A stretch of DNA of 64,000 nucleotides from Patescibacteria group bacterium (GTDB lineage Bacteria; Patescibacteriota; Minisyncoccia; Minisyncoccales; Staskawiczbacteraceae), in assembly GCA_018895235.1 (NCBI GenBank), contig JAHIOM010000014.1, positions 5,203-69,202 on the forward strand. The letters run 5' to 3'. The position numbers and the translations under genes are program-made. This document shows positions 36,275 through 45,434 of the stretch, piece after piece (the first letter of the stretch is position 1; every line of letters begins with the position of its first letter). The notes under the pieces were generated by a model. The model was not told the DNA's origin. It did no database searches and saw only the letters and a list, made by a program, of their open reading frames with translations.

Positions 36275-37732
36275 TTATAACGCTCCTAAATCCAGTGCGA
36301 AATCCACTCTTATCTTCTCTACAAAATCTTGAGCATGACTTACCAATATTATAGCACCGTCGAAATTATTTATTGCTTTTGCAATTACTGGGATATGACG
36401 GAAATTAATGTGATTTGTGGGTTCATCTAAAATAAGTAATCCCGGTTTTTCTAATGCTATTGTGGCAAAAGCAACTAGCCCTTTTTGGCCTTCGGAAAGC
36501 GATCCAATTTTAGCTTTTAATATCTCTGCATCTAAAAGAAACCCGGCTGCGTGAGCTCGAAGCCCCTGTTCTGTTCCCGCACCGTCTATTGCTTTTGAAA
36601 ACGTTTGATATATAGTTGCGTTAAAATCCAATGTTGAAAAATCTTGCCTATAATATCCGATTTTGACTCCTGCTTTAATATGCTCACCTTTTGCGTGGCC
36701 AGAGGCCAGTTTTTCTAAGAGTGTAGTTTTACCAATTCCGTTTGGCCCAGTTAAAAGTAACCTTTCTCTTTTATTCAAGGTTACATTTACTTTTTTATTT
36801 ATAAATTTATGATTTTTTGCAATTGCGACGGAATCCAATTGTAAAATTACTCCTCCAATATCTTTTTGAGCCGGAATTATAAAGTTTTTTATTGTTTTAT
36901 CTTCTCTCCTTAATTTTACGACCTCGCTTTCTAACTCCTCAATCTTTTTTTTCATTTTTGAAGAAACATCTCTAAGATGTCCTCCTTTTTGAGCAAAAAA
37001 GTTAGCCTGTTCTTTTCTATGAGAAATATCTTTTTCTAGTCGAGCATTTTTCATGCGTTCCCTTTCTAAACGGAGCTTAATTTCTTCGACAACGGTAAAA
37101 TAGTCCCCCGTATATTGCTCAACTTTTTTTGAAAATATATCTAAATATAATACGCCCTGCGTAAAAATATTTAAAAAATCTGCATCGTGGGAAATTACAA
37201 TACAGGTTTTGGGATAATCAATAATAAATTTCGTTAAGTACTCAATGCCCGCTTTATCTAAATTATTTGTAGGCTCATCTAATAAAAGCAGATCCGGATC
37301 CTGTATCAAAGCAGACGCCAAAAGAACCTTTGCCTGCTGACCGCCTGAAAGGTTTTTAATCAATCTGTCATGCGGAATAACAAGATTTACTATTTCTAAA
37401 ACATCGTCAATTTTTCTATCAATATCATATATTTTTCCTGAAAAACAATTTTCAAAAAATTCTTTTACAGTTAACTTCAAATCTTCACGAGGAATTACTT
37501 GCTTAGCTGTAGCTATTGTTAAATCTTTATTTGTATTAACCGCGCCCGAATCGGGTTTTGATTCGCCAGTTATTAATTGGAAGATTGTGCTTTTTCCTGC
37601 GCCATTCTGCCCCATTAATGTAATTTTTGAACCCCTGCGTATAGAAAAATTAGCCTCATTTAAAATTGGCTTGTTTATTCCCCACTCAAAAGAAACATTA
37701 TTAAATTTTACTATTATTTCATCACCCGACAT
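36275..37732 (-). CDS. ABC-F family ATPase (two ABC domains, no TM domain)
   Basis: GQNGAGKST / LSGGQQAKV and GPNGIGKTT / LSEGQKG, joined by a charged linker. A -10-like TAAGAT ends 7 nt before the ATG. Confidence 0.85.
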   Translation of the reverse strand: MSGDEIIVKFNNVSFEWGINKPILNEANFSIRRGSKITLMGQNGAGKSTIFQLITGESKPDSGAVNTNKDLTIATAKQVIPREDLKLTVKEFFENCFSGKIYDIDRKIDDVLEIVNLVIPHDRLIKNLSGGQQAKVLLASALIQDPDLLLLDEPTNNLDKAGIEYLTKFIIDYPKTCIVISHDADFLNIFTQGVLYLDIFSKKVEQYTGDYFTVVEEIKLRLERERMKNARLEKDISHRKEQANFFAQKGGHLRDVSSKMKKKIEELESEVVKLRREDKTIKNFIIPAQKDIGGVILQLDSVAIAKNHKFINKKVNVTLNKRERLLLTGPNGIGKTTLLEKLASGHAKGEHIKAGVKIGYYRQDFSTLDFNATIYQTFSKAIDGAGTEQGLRAHAAGFLLDAEILKAKIGSLSEGQKGLVAFATIALEKPGLLILDEPTNHINFRHIPVIAKAINNFDGAIILVSHAQDFVEKIRVDFALDLGAL

Positions 37733-37775
37733 AATGAATATCTTACTCTATTCTCAGACAAATATCCATCCCACT

Positions 37776-37900
37776 AAAAAAACCACCCCGATTAAAAGGT
37801 GGCTTCCGGGAAAATGCGCGGCATCGTGTACAACGTTAGAACCAGAATACAGAAAAATCAGGAATTTATTTATATCCCGAACTTAAATCTACAAACCGAT
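37776..37900 (-). repeat. Conserved terminator module plus GCGCGG-element, type C copy
   Basis: AAAAAAACCACCCCGATTAAAAGGTGGCTTC, then GCGCGGCATCGTGTACAACGTTAGAACCAGAATAC...GGAATTTATTTATATCCCGAACTTAAATC. Confidence 0.65.
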
Positions 37901-37910
37901 TAGTTAAAAT

Positions 37911-38210
37911 TTATTTACAAAACGTTACCCTTAAATCACGCCCGAGCGCCCCTGCTATTTTTTCGAGAATATCTATTGAAAAATTCTGCTGACCCGATTC
38001 CATTCTTGCTATATTACTTTGTTTGGTCCCTATCTTTTTTGCTAATTGCGCTTGAGAGATTTTTTTCTTTTTTCTTAATTTCAAAATCTGATAAGCAATT
38101 TCTAATTGTTTACCGTATTCGTCATAGTATTTTTTGAACTCAGGATTCTTCAGCTGTCTTTTCAAATAAACCTTGAAGTCTTGTGCTTTTTGTATTTTTT
38201 TATTATCCAT
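37911..38210 (-). CDS. XRE-family HTH antitoxin (HigA-like)
   Basis: ISQAQLAKKIGTKQSNIARMESGQ helix-turn-helix. Directly downstream of the toxin gene. Confidence 0.8.
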   Translation of the reverse strand: MDNKKIQKAQDFKVYLKRQLKNPEFKKYYDEYGKQLEIAYQILKLRKKKKISQAQLAKKIGTKQSNIARMESGQQNFSIDILEKIAGALGRDLRVTFCK

Positions 38211-38273
38211 AATTATAAGTGAGGAAGAAATGAAAATAAATTTTCATTTCGATCGAACGAGTAATTATATAAA

Positions 38274-38651
38274 CTAGTTTCTATAGATTTTAGGGTTACT
38301 TAATACGTCTTTATAATTTTGTTCTGCTTTTTTAATTTCAACCAACGGCGTTTTAGCTGTTTTCTTTAAAAATGCGTGAAGCAAAATTATATTTTTCCCG
38401 ACGAAAGTAAAATAAAATATTCTGTGTTTTTTTGAAGAAAAATCGACTCTCAATTCTCGAATTTTACCCTTAATATGTTTTGAATATGGTTCGTCTAAAA
38501 CTCCTTTGTTTGTTCTCAAAAATTCTATATATTTAAAAACCTTAGCTTTCTCTTTAATCTCTAAATTATCAATATATTCTAAAACAGGGCTTTTATCGTT
38601 CTTCGATTCTTTATAAAATTTTACTTCATACTCTGTATTATTATATATCAT
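38274..38651 (-). CDS. RelE/HigB-superfamily toxin (phage Gp49-like)
   Basis: VKFYKESKNDKSPVLEYID...IRELRVDFSSKKHRIFYFTFVGKNIILLHAFLKKT pattern. Toxin-first gene order. Confidence 0.75.
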   Translation of the reverse strand: MIYNNTEYEVKFYKESKNDKSPVLEYIDNLEIKEKAKVFKYIEFLRTNKGVLDEPYSKHIKGKIRELRVDFSSKKHRIFYFTFVGKNIILLHAFLKKTAKTPLVEIKKAEQNYKDVLSNPKIYRN

Positions 38652-38724
38652 ATACGATATATGTATGTCAATACCCTCGCACTAAAACTGACCTTTTATT
38701 TTATCATATCACTAAATCAAAAAT

Positions 38725-38825
38725 CCGAGAATTACCTCGGGAATTTTGCGCGGGCAGTGAGACGCAGTTCGAACTTGGTTTTGGGTGAATTTCCCCGTAG
38801 AACCGGTAATTGTTTTGAAATAAAA
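38725..38825 (-). repeat. Terminator hairpin plus GCGCGGG-element, type A copy
   Basis: CCGAG AATTAC CTCGG (T-run on the minus strand), then GCGCGGGCAGTGAGACGCAGTTCGAACTTGGTTTTGGGTGAATTTCCCCGTAGAACCGGTAATTGTTTTGAAATAAAAA. Terminators flank it on both sides. Confidence 0.7.
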
Positions 38826-38861
38826 AAGAACCCTGCTCACATTAATACAACACAGGACTCT
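38822..38861 (-). terminator. Intrinsic terminator after the SPFH gene
   Basis: Minus strand: AGAGTCCTG(17 nt)CAGGGTTCT followed by TTTTTT. Two stem positions pair only as G-U on the minus-strand RNA and would be A-C mismatches on the plus strand. Confidence 0.7.
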
Positions 38862-38892
38862 TTTTTTATATTTTAACTTTAAGTTTATTTTA

Positions 38893-39606
38893 TTATTGTT
38901 GCGGTTGGTCTTTTTTCCCGAAAGATTCAAATGCCCTTAAAATCTCAAGGGGCACGGCGAATACTATTGTGTTTGATTGGTCAGAACTTATATCATTAAT
39001 AGACTGAAGAGTCCTTAAGTGCAGTGCTCCTTTTGATTCGGCAAGTACTTTTGCTGCTTTTGACATGTTGTCAGCAGCAATAACTTCTCCTTCTGCCTTT
39101 ATAATCATGGCTCTTTTTTCTCTTTCGGCTTCAGCTTGTTTTCCTATAACTCTTTTCATCTCTTCTGGCAAAACAATGTCTTTTAATTCAACATTCGAAA
39201 CCTTAATCCCCCAAGGGTCAGTGGCGTCATCTATAATTTTTCTTATGTTTTCTGAAACTCTGTCTCTTTGAGAAAGCAAATCATCTAAATCAACTTGGCC
39301 CACGGCGTTTCTCATTGTTGTCTGAGCTAATTGGGAAATAGCATAGTAAAAGTTTTCCACTTCCAGAACCGCTTTGTCGGCATCCTGGACTTTATAATAA
39401 ATAACCGCATTTACGCCAACAGAAATATTGTCTTTTGTAATCGCTTCCTGATTTGGGACGTCCACCGCCTTTACTCTTAAATCTATTTTTCTGTATGATT
39501 GGAAAATCGGCCACACCAGCCTCCAGCCGGGCTCCATTGTGCCGATATATTTTCCCAGCATAAATTTGACTCCTTTTTCATATTGGATTATCTGTTTGAT
39601 TGACAT
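38893..39606 (-). CDS. SPFH/Band 7 (stomatin-like) protein
   Basis: Typical SPFH core with the AEAEREKRAMIIKAEGE coiled segment. The frame stays open upstream to 39678 and encodes a TM helix (see findings). Confidence 0.85.
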   Translation of the reverse strand: MSIKQIIQYEKGVKFMLGKYIGTMEPGWRLVWPIFQSYRKIDLRVKAVDVPNQEAITKDNISVGVNAVIYYKVQDADKAVLEVENFYYAISQLAQTTMRNAVGQVDLDDLLSQRDRVSENIRKIIDDATDPWGIKVSNVELKDIVLPEEMKRVIGKQAEAEREKRAMIIKAEGEVIAADNMSKAAKVLAESKGALHLRTLQSINDISSDQSNTIVFAVPLEILRAFESFGKKDQPQQ

Positions 39607-39731
39607 CAGAATAATTGAAACAATTATAAAGATTGCAATATAGAGAAAACTTGTAAAAACTATATTTTTAAATTTAATTATTAATATTTACCTTTAATTT
39701 TATCTAATCAGTTTTACATACTTTTGTCAAC

Positions 39732-39955
39732 AAAAAACCACCTCAATTAAAGGGTGGCTTCCTGAAAAAGCGCGGGTGGCGGGACGATTTTCGAACTTTT
39801 GAGTGGGAAAAAGTATTCCCTTCCCCAGAACTTGTAGTTAGCCAAATAAGGCAGTTATTGGCGATTTCGGCGGATGGACAACGTTAGAACCAAAATACAA
39901 CAACAAAGTGAACATATTTATATGCCAGACCTAAGTCCAGCACCTACCCAATACT
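39732..39955 (-). repeat. Conserved terminator module plus tandem type B and type C elements
   Basis: AAAAAACCACCTCAATTAAAGGGTGGCTTC. Then GCGCGGGTGGCGGGACGATTTTCGAACTTTTGAGTGGGAAAAAGTATTCCC...GCCAAATAAGGCAGTTATTGGC. Then CGGCGGATGGACAACGTTAGAACC...GAACATATTTATATGCCAGACCTAAGTCC. Confidence 0.7.
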
Positions 39956-40360
39956 GATAAACAGTTAAATAACAGCTTAGGTATGGGGGGTAGTCCCAAA
40001 GTCTGATTTCTTTTTTAGATATAGATATAGCTCCTCCGCACAGAATTTGGATTTTAGACAAAAAGCCCTCCGTGTTTGGGAGAACTTAATGAAGGAATTA
40101 TTTTGCTCTTTTTATTTTTTTATCTTCTTCTATTAAAAATCTTGCTAGGTCTATTGGGTTAACTGGTACTGGAGTTTTAAATGTTTGATGTGCTACAAAA
40201 AAACACCCTTCTCTTGTACCACCCTTTGAATAACTAACAAGAAATCTTTTTGACTCTGATATTTTTTCATAAGTTTATTTTTTCTTTCATATTTTTATTC
40301 TTCTTTATTTTCTCCAAATAACTCCTCTTAGCAACTGGCGGTAATTAATAACTTCATAGT

Positions 40361-41398
40361 TTATTGTTTCCTTAAATACTCGGCCGCCTTTTCAGGTTCA
40401 ATGGTAGAAATTTCCATCATAGTGCCGATTTCAAAACCGGCTGAGATCGCGGTTTTGGGTAAAATTGTCCAGTGCCAATGATAATAATCGTAATTTTTGC
40501 CATCGCATGAAGCGGTGTGCAAATAAAAATTATAATCCGGGTCATTTAGTCCTTTGTAAATTTTTTTAATCACTATTTGGAACGCTTCAGCTAAGCTCCA
40601 TTTTTCTTTTTCTGTAATTCTTTCAAAATAAGAAAGGTGTTTTTGGGGAGAAATGATCACCTCAAAGGCGGTTTTTGAAGCAAAGGGACAGATGGCTATG
40701 AAATCTTCGTTTTCAAAAACAATTCTTCTTTTTGCTTTTTTTTCCCATTCGTTCATTTCGCAATAAATACATTTATTGTGTTTCTGAAAATAGATCTGAG
40801 CGGTAGAAAAAGCAGTTCTTAGGTCTTTATCAATAAGCGGAGTTGTTATAATCTGCGAGTGAGGGTGGGTAATCGAGGCACCGGCTGCAAAGCCGTGGTT
40901 GTGAAAAATAGAGATGTGATTTACAAATTTTTCATTCATTATACCTAAATATCTTTCCTGATAGACATCAAATATTTCTTTTACCTGCGCTGTTTTAAAA
41001 TCGGCAATTTGTTTTTTATGGTCTCTTGTCGCCACGACTTCGTGGAAACCAACAGCATTCATCGTTTTATACAAAGAGCCCTCAATTTTTTCGTCTAATG
41101 CTCCCGTTTTAATAAAGGCGGGGTATTTGTTCGGAATAACAATTGTTGTCCAATTCTTGGGAACTTTTTTGTTACCTGTTATTTTTTTACCATTGGAAAA
41201 AATCAGCGTTGGCTTTTCTTGAGTTTCAATTTTGCAGAAAGGACAATTTTTTGGAGGAATCTGTTTCCTATCTGTCTTTTTTCTTTTGAACGTTTCGGGT
41301 CTTTTGGCCCTGCCCGTTGCAATCACTACCCAATTATTGCTTACTATATCCATTCTTAACTCCGAAGGAAATTTTTCTTTTTGTTTTATTTTTAACAT
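40361..41398 (-). CDS. galT: Galactose-1-phosphate uridylyltransferase family (GalT/HIT-like)
   Basis: CPFC zinc motif and the HPHSQI active-site HxHxQ. Confidence 0.8.
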   Translation of the reverse strand: MLKIKQKEKFPSELRMDIVSNNWVVIATGRAKRPETFKRKKTDRKQIPPKNCPFCKIETQEKPTLIFSNGKKITGNKKVPKNWTTIVIPNKYPAFIKTGALDEKIEGSLYKTMNAVGFHEVVATRDHKKQIADFKTAQVKEIFDVYQERYLGIMNEKFVNHISIFHNHGFAAGASITHPHSQIITTPLIDKDLRTAFSTAQIYFQKHNKCIYCEMNEWEKKAKRRIVFENEDFIAICPFASKTAFEVIISPQKHLSYFERITEKEKWSLAEAFQIVIKKIYKGLNDPDYNFYLHTASCDGKNYDYYHWHWTILPKTAISAGFEIGTMMEISTIEPEKAAEYLRKQ

Positions 41399-41630
41399 AT
41401 CTATATCAACTTCCAGTTGATTTTTTGTGTTAATCTTACATTCAAAATTATACCATAATTTTATAAAAAAACCACTGATGAAAAAGTTGACACCCGGCTT
41501 TGCTTTAAGATATAACAGAGATATAACAAAAAAAAGAAATCAGATTAAAAAAACAAAACCATCCCGTAAATAACGGGGTTTTTAAAAATTGCAGCTCTCG
41601 CTGCGTAATTATTTATCAAAGTATTTTTTT

Positions 41631-42941
41631 ATGCAAAACAATAATCAAAAACCTAAAATAGCTATTTTCCATTACTCCGGACCGCCGAACACGTCAGGCG
41701 TTGACATTATTGTCCGCGACCAAGCACGATTATTTCGACTTCACGGTTACAAAGTAGAAATTGTTGCAGGACTCATTAAACAATTCCGCAAAGACATCCC
41801 GGTACACATAATCCAAAAAATAAGCCCCAGGCATCCGCTCGTCCTTTCAACGCTTGAAGAACTAGAAAAAGGAATAGTTTCTTCCGATTTTAAAAAATTG
41901 GAGCGAAGTCTTTTTTACTCAATCAAAAAATATCTAATACGGAACAATATTCAAATTTGCATTTTGCATAATCTCTTCACGCGTTCCTATAACCTTGCTC
42001 TTACTTCGGCGCTAGCCCGCCTTATTAAGGATTTGCCCCACATTCGATTTATTGCCTGGGTGCATGATGTTGTGTTTTACAACGAGCCGGATACACTCCT
42101 GAAACACGAGTTAGGCAATCAATATCCTTGGAATCTACTAGTGAAACCAGTTCCCGAACTTACTTATGTATGTGTATCTAAATTCCTGAAGCATAATATT
42201 CTGACGGCATTCAATAGTTTGAAACACGCAGAAATTACCGTAATTCCCAATGGCCGCGATATTCAAAAATTTCTAGGACTTAGCCCAACGATGAGAACAT
42301 TGTATGAAGACATTCATGCCCTTGGATGCGATTTGATCGCTTGCCTCCCGGTACGCGCTATCCCAAGAAAAAATTTAGAGCTTGCGCTTCGAATTGCACG
42401 TGCTATCTTAAACAAAGGGGTAAAATTTAAACTGCTGCTCACCGCCAATATTGACTATAAGCGCGAAAAAAACCTTAACTATTATAACCATCTTAAAGAT
42501 CTCGTCCAAGAACTTAAACTCAAAAAGCACGTTTTCTTTTTAGAAGAGTATTTTGAACGTTTTGCAACCGATAAAAAACCTGCACCCGCGATTCCCATCC
42601 CAGAACTTTTCCTTATTTCAGACTTTCTTCTTTTTACAAGCCGCGTAGAAGGTTTCGGTTTACCACTCATAGAGGCAGGGCTTATGCGCTGCCCTATCTT
42701 CGCCGCAGACATCCCACCGTTGCGTGAAATTGGCACTACTAATATTAACTATTTCACGCGTGATGCAAACGCGGAGCAGGTTGCGGACTATATCCTTGAA
42801 AATCTTAAAAAGATGCCTCAGGCTTATTTTTACCGAAAAATCATAAAAAAATTCTCCCTCCATATGATATTCAAAAGGCGGATTCTACCACTTATTGAAA
42901 GCATTAAAAGTAAGGAATCTTCTATGTTAAAACAACAATAA
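41631..42941 (+). CDS. Glycosyltransferase, GT4-like (GT-B fold)
   Basis: EGFGLPLIEAG motif. The track start at 41589 is a TTG; the first ATG (MQNNNQKPKIAIFHY) is at 41631. Confidence 0.75.
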   Translation: MQNNNQKPKIAIFHYSGPPNTSGVDIIVRDQARLFRLHGYKVEIVAGLIKQFRKDIPVHIIQKISPRHPLVLSTLEELEKGIVSSDFKKLERSLFYSIKKYLIRNNIQICILHNLFTRSYNLALTSALARLIKDLPHIRFIAWVHDVVFYNEPDTLLKHELGNQYPWNLLVKPVPELTYVCVSKFLKHNILTAFNSLKHAEITVIPNGRDIQKFLGLSPTMRTLYEDIHALGCDLIACLPVRAIPRKNLELALRIARAILNKGVKFKLLLTANIDYKREKNLNYYNHLKDLVQELKLKKHVFFLEEYFERFATDKKPAPAIPIPELFLISDFLLFTSRVEGFGLPLIEAGLMRCPIFAADIPPLREIGTTNINYFTRDANAEQVADYILENLKKMPQAYFYRKIIKKFSLHMIFKRRILPLIESIKSKESSMLKQQ

Positions 42942-42947
42942 TTTACC

Positions 42948-44069
42948 ATGCGCCAATCACAACACTCAAACTATCGATTTTTTATTGCCGCAATGGGTCC
43001 TGGAGAAATTGGCCAGGGGATGGCATTCGCCGGATACGCTCTCGGTCGCGGAGATTTTGTCGTCTTCGCAATACCCCGCGCCGAGTACCTTCCATTAGTA
43101 CAATTGCAAAACCCTCGATTTTCATCTCTTATCACAGAAAATTCAGTTGCCCTCAAAGAAGCTCTTTGCTCCAAAAAGATTGACGCATTGATTTTATGCA
43201 ATTCAAAGATTTTTACCAGAAACGACAATTTTCCCAAATACCCGCCCGAACCAAAACTACCAAGCCTTTCCATAGATTCCAACTGGCTCTTTGGTCCCTC
43301 AAGTCCCTACCTTTCTAACCCGTGGGTTGACCGCTACTGTCTAAACTTGCCTGAGCCAATATTCCAAATGGGACTTAAAAAGAATGGCGGACACTACGTA
43401 ATCCCTAAAAAAATTCTTGAAAAAATAAGCGTGGTGGGACTCATTCCCTCTTACCGCCCCTTATCTGTCCAAGAAAAAAACAAGATACGAGCAAAGTACG
43501 GCATTCATAAAAATGAAAAGTTAATATTTCTCTACACCAGTATGGGATCTTTGGAAAAGCCGAGAGTATTTCTTAAGGCCTATGCGGTGGTAAAAAAACT
43601 TAGAGCCAAGGGGAAAAAAGTAAAAGTAATTTATTTTGGAGATCCGCCGTCCGCTTTTTTAAACGCTAAAGACCGTGACTGGTTTCTTGCGCGTCCCCGC
43701 ACAAATACCGAACATTTTTCAAAAGTGCTTGCGAGTTCCGACTTAGTGTTCCAGCATCAGGGACTTGCCACGATGGAACAAGCCATTGGAGCACAGGTTC
43801 CTGTTATCGCCAACGTAAGAGACCGCAAAGATGAAAAAAATCCCACGCGCCATATGCACGCTTGGGAAGTAGGACCATTCGCAAAATATGGGGCTTGCGC
43901 TATGTTCTTCTCCCGCAATTCTATTAGCACTGTCGCAAATTGCTCAGAGGGTCTTTTATTCAATAAAAATCGGCGCGAAGCCATGCGCCAAAAACAACAC
44001 GCTCTCTATGGAAACGGAGAAAAAAAAGTCTATAATGAAGCTATTAAATTATTAAAAACTAAGTCTTAA
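42948..44069 (+). CDS. Hypothetical protein, possibly glycosyltransferase-like
   Basis: ORF sandwiched between two GT genes with 6-nt and 1-nt gaps. N-terminal GPGEIGQGMAFAGYAL glycine-rich loop. No firm family call. Confidence 0.4.
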   Translation: MRQSQHSNYRFFIAAMGPGEIGQGMAFAGYALGRGDFVVFAIPRAEYLPLVQLQNPRFSSLITENSVALKEALCSKKIDALILCNSKIFTRNDNFPKYPPEPKLPSLSIDSNWLFGPSSPYLSNPWVDRYCLNLPEPIFQMGLKKNGGHYVIPKKILEKISVVGLIPSYRPLSVQEKNKIRAKYGIHKNEKLIFLYTSMGSLEKPRVFLKAYAVVKKLRAKGKKVKVIYFGDPPSAFLNAKDRDWFLARPRTNTEHFSKVLASSDLVFQHQGLATMEQAIGAQVPVIANVRDRKDEKNPTRHMHAWEVGPFAKYGACAMFFSRNSISTVANCSEGLLFNKNRREAMRQKQHALYGNGEKKVYNEAIKLLKTKS

Positions 44070-44070
44070 T

Positions 44071-45180
44071 ATGAGAAAATTACGCATTGGACAAATTGCG
44101 CCGCTCAACGTACCCATCCCTCCAAAAAAGTACGGCGGAACCGAACGCATAATTAACGCTCTTTGCCGCGGGCTTTCTAATCGCGGCCATAAGATCTTTC
44201 TTTTTGCCGCGGCAGACGCAAAAACTGGAGGAAAAATAATCCCCATTATACCAAAAAGCCTTTGGACAAACAAAATCAAAGAGGCCACGCCTTACTATTC
44301 CTATGAAATGAATGTTATTTTACAAAAATCGCCCGGCCTTAAATTAGATATTCTTCACGACCACCTTGGGCCATTTAGTTTAGCCCTGTATGGGGGCCTT
44401 AACATTCCTATTTTGCACACTCTGCATGTTCCTATTAATAAAGATCGCGCTTGGGCCTACCGAAAATTAAATTCTAAATTAATCAGCATCTCTAATAATC
44501 AACGTAAAAACGCTCCTCGGCTTAATTATGTTGCCACTATTTACAACGGCACTGACACAAATCTGTTCCAATTCAATCCTAATCCTAAGGATTATTTACT
44601 GTTTTTGGGCGAGCTGGTGGAACGCAAAGGAGTTAGGGAAGCAATTTTGGCCGCAAAAAAACTTAAATTAAAACTAGTAATTGCGGGCCGTGTCCCACTG
44701 CAAACACAGAGGAAAGATTACTCTTTTTTCCAAAAATACGTAAAACCAAAATTAAATCGCGGCCGCATAGAATACGCAGGTGAAGTCGCCAAAGAAAAAG
44801 TTTCTAAACTTTACAGAGATGCGAAAGCCACGCTTTTCCCCATACGCTGGGAAGAACCATTTGGTCTTGTAATGATTGAATCAATGTCCTGCGGAACGCC
44901 AATTATTGCTTTTGCTAAGGGGTCTGTCCCGGAAATAATCAAAGATGGAGAAACCGGATTTATTGTTAATTTTTCTTTATCCGACATACGGGGAAACTGG
45001 ATTATTAAGAAAACGGGGATAGAAGGACTTTGCAAAGCGGTGGATAGAATTTACGCAATGCCTGAAAAAGAATACCGACAAATGAGAGAAAACTGCCGGA
45101 AACGCGCGGAAAAGAATTTCGCCATTAAGAGAATGGTAGATGAGTACGAAAAAGTGTACTACAAAATATTGCGAAAATGA
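44071..45180 (+). CDS. Glycosyltransferase family 4
   Basis: N-terminal YGGTERIINAL and C-terminal EPFGLVMIESMSCGTPIIA...PEIIKDGETGF. Confidence 0.85.
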   Translation: MRKLRIGQIAPLNVPIPPKKYGGTERIINALCRGLSNRGHKIFLFAAADAKTGGKIIPIIPKSLWTNKIKEATPYYSYEMNVILQKSPGLKLDILHDHLGPFSLALYGGLNIPILHTLHVPINKDRAWAYRKLNSKLISISNNQRKNAPRLNYVATIYNGTDTNLFQFNPNPKDYLLFLGELVERKGVREAILAAKKLKLKLVIAGRVPLQTQRKDYSFFQKYVKPKLNRGRIEYAGEVAKEKVSKLYRDAKATLFPIRWEEPFGLVMIESMSCGTPIIAFAKGSVPEIIKDGETGFIVNFSLSDIRGNWIIKKTGIEGLCKAVDRIYAMPEKEYRQMRENCRKRAEKNFAIKRMVDEYEKVYYKILRK

Positions 45181-45360
45181 ACTACAACTAACTTTTGGTT
45201 AAGATAAGAACATACGGCCAGAAATTTATTAACTCGCCAAATGAAAAGTTTTTACTGATGATCCTTTGTAGCCAGGCAAAATTAAAAAAACGAGAAATAC
45301 TTTCCTGCATAAAAAGTAAAATTGTAATAAGGAAAAAAATATTGAGCGTAGTACAATAAT

Positions 45361-45399
45361 AAAAAACAGCAGGGCAAAATATGCTCTGCTGTTTTTTTT
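45361..45399. terminator. Bidirectional terminator after the glycosyltransferase operon
   Basis: AAAAAA CAGCAG(13 nt)CTGCTG TTTTTTTT. Confidence 0.8.
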
Positions 45400-45434
45400 G
45401 TTGATTTATGATGTCTCGGCATCACTAGATACTA

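Noticed and set aside
40098-40290. Small-gene remnants between the galT stop and the element at 39.9 kb: an MKEKIN-stop mini-ORF, a 25-codon MKKYQSQ... ORF ending at a T7/A7 tract, and a 57-codon open frame with no start codon
   Set aside because: No intact ORF with a usable start. It looks like a decayed member of the MKEKIK small-protein family. Phase variation at the A7 tract (40197..40203) is conceivable but unsupported.
41561-41585. Hairpin upstream of the first glycosyltransferase as a riboswitch expression platform
   Set aside because: Only a single simple hairpin with flanking A- and T-runs. No upstream aptamer-like structure is visible. It is more likely an insulating bidirectional terminator.
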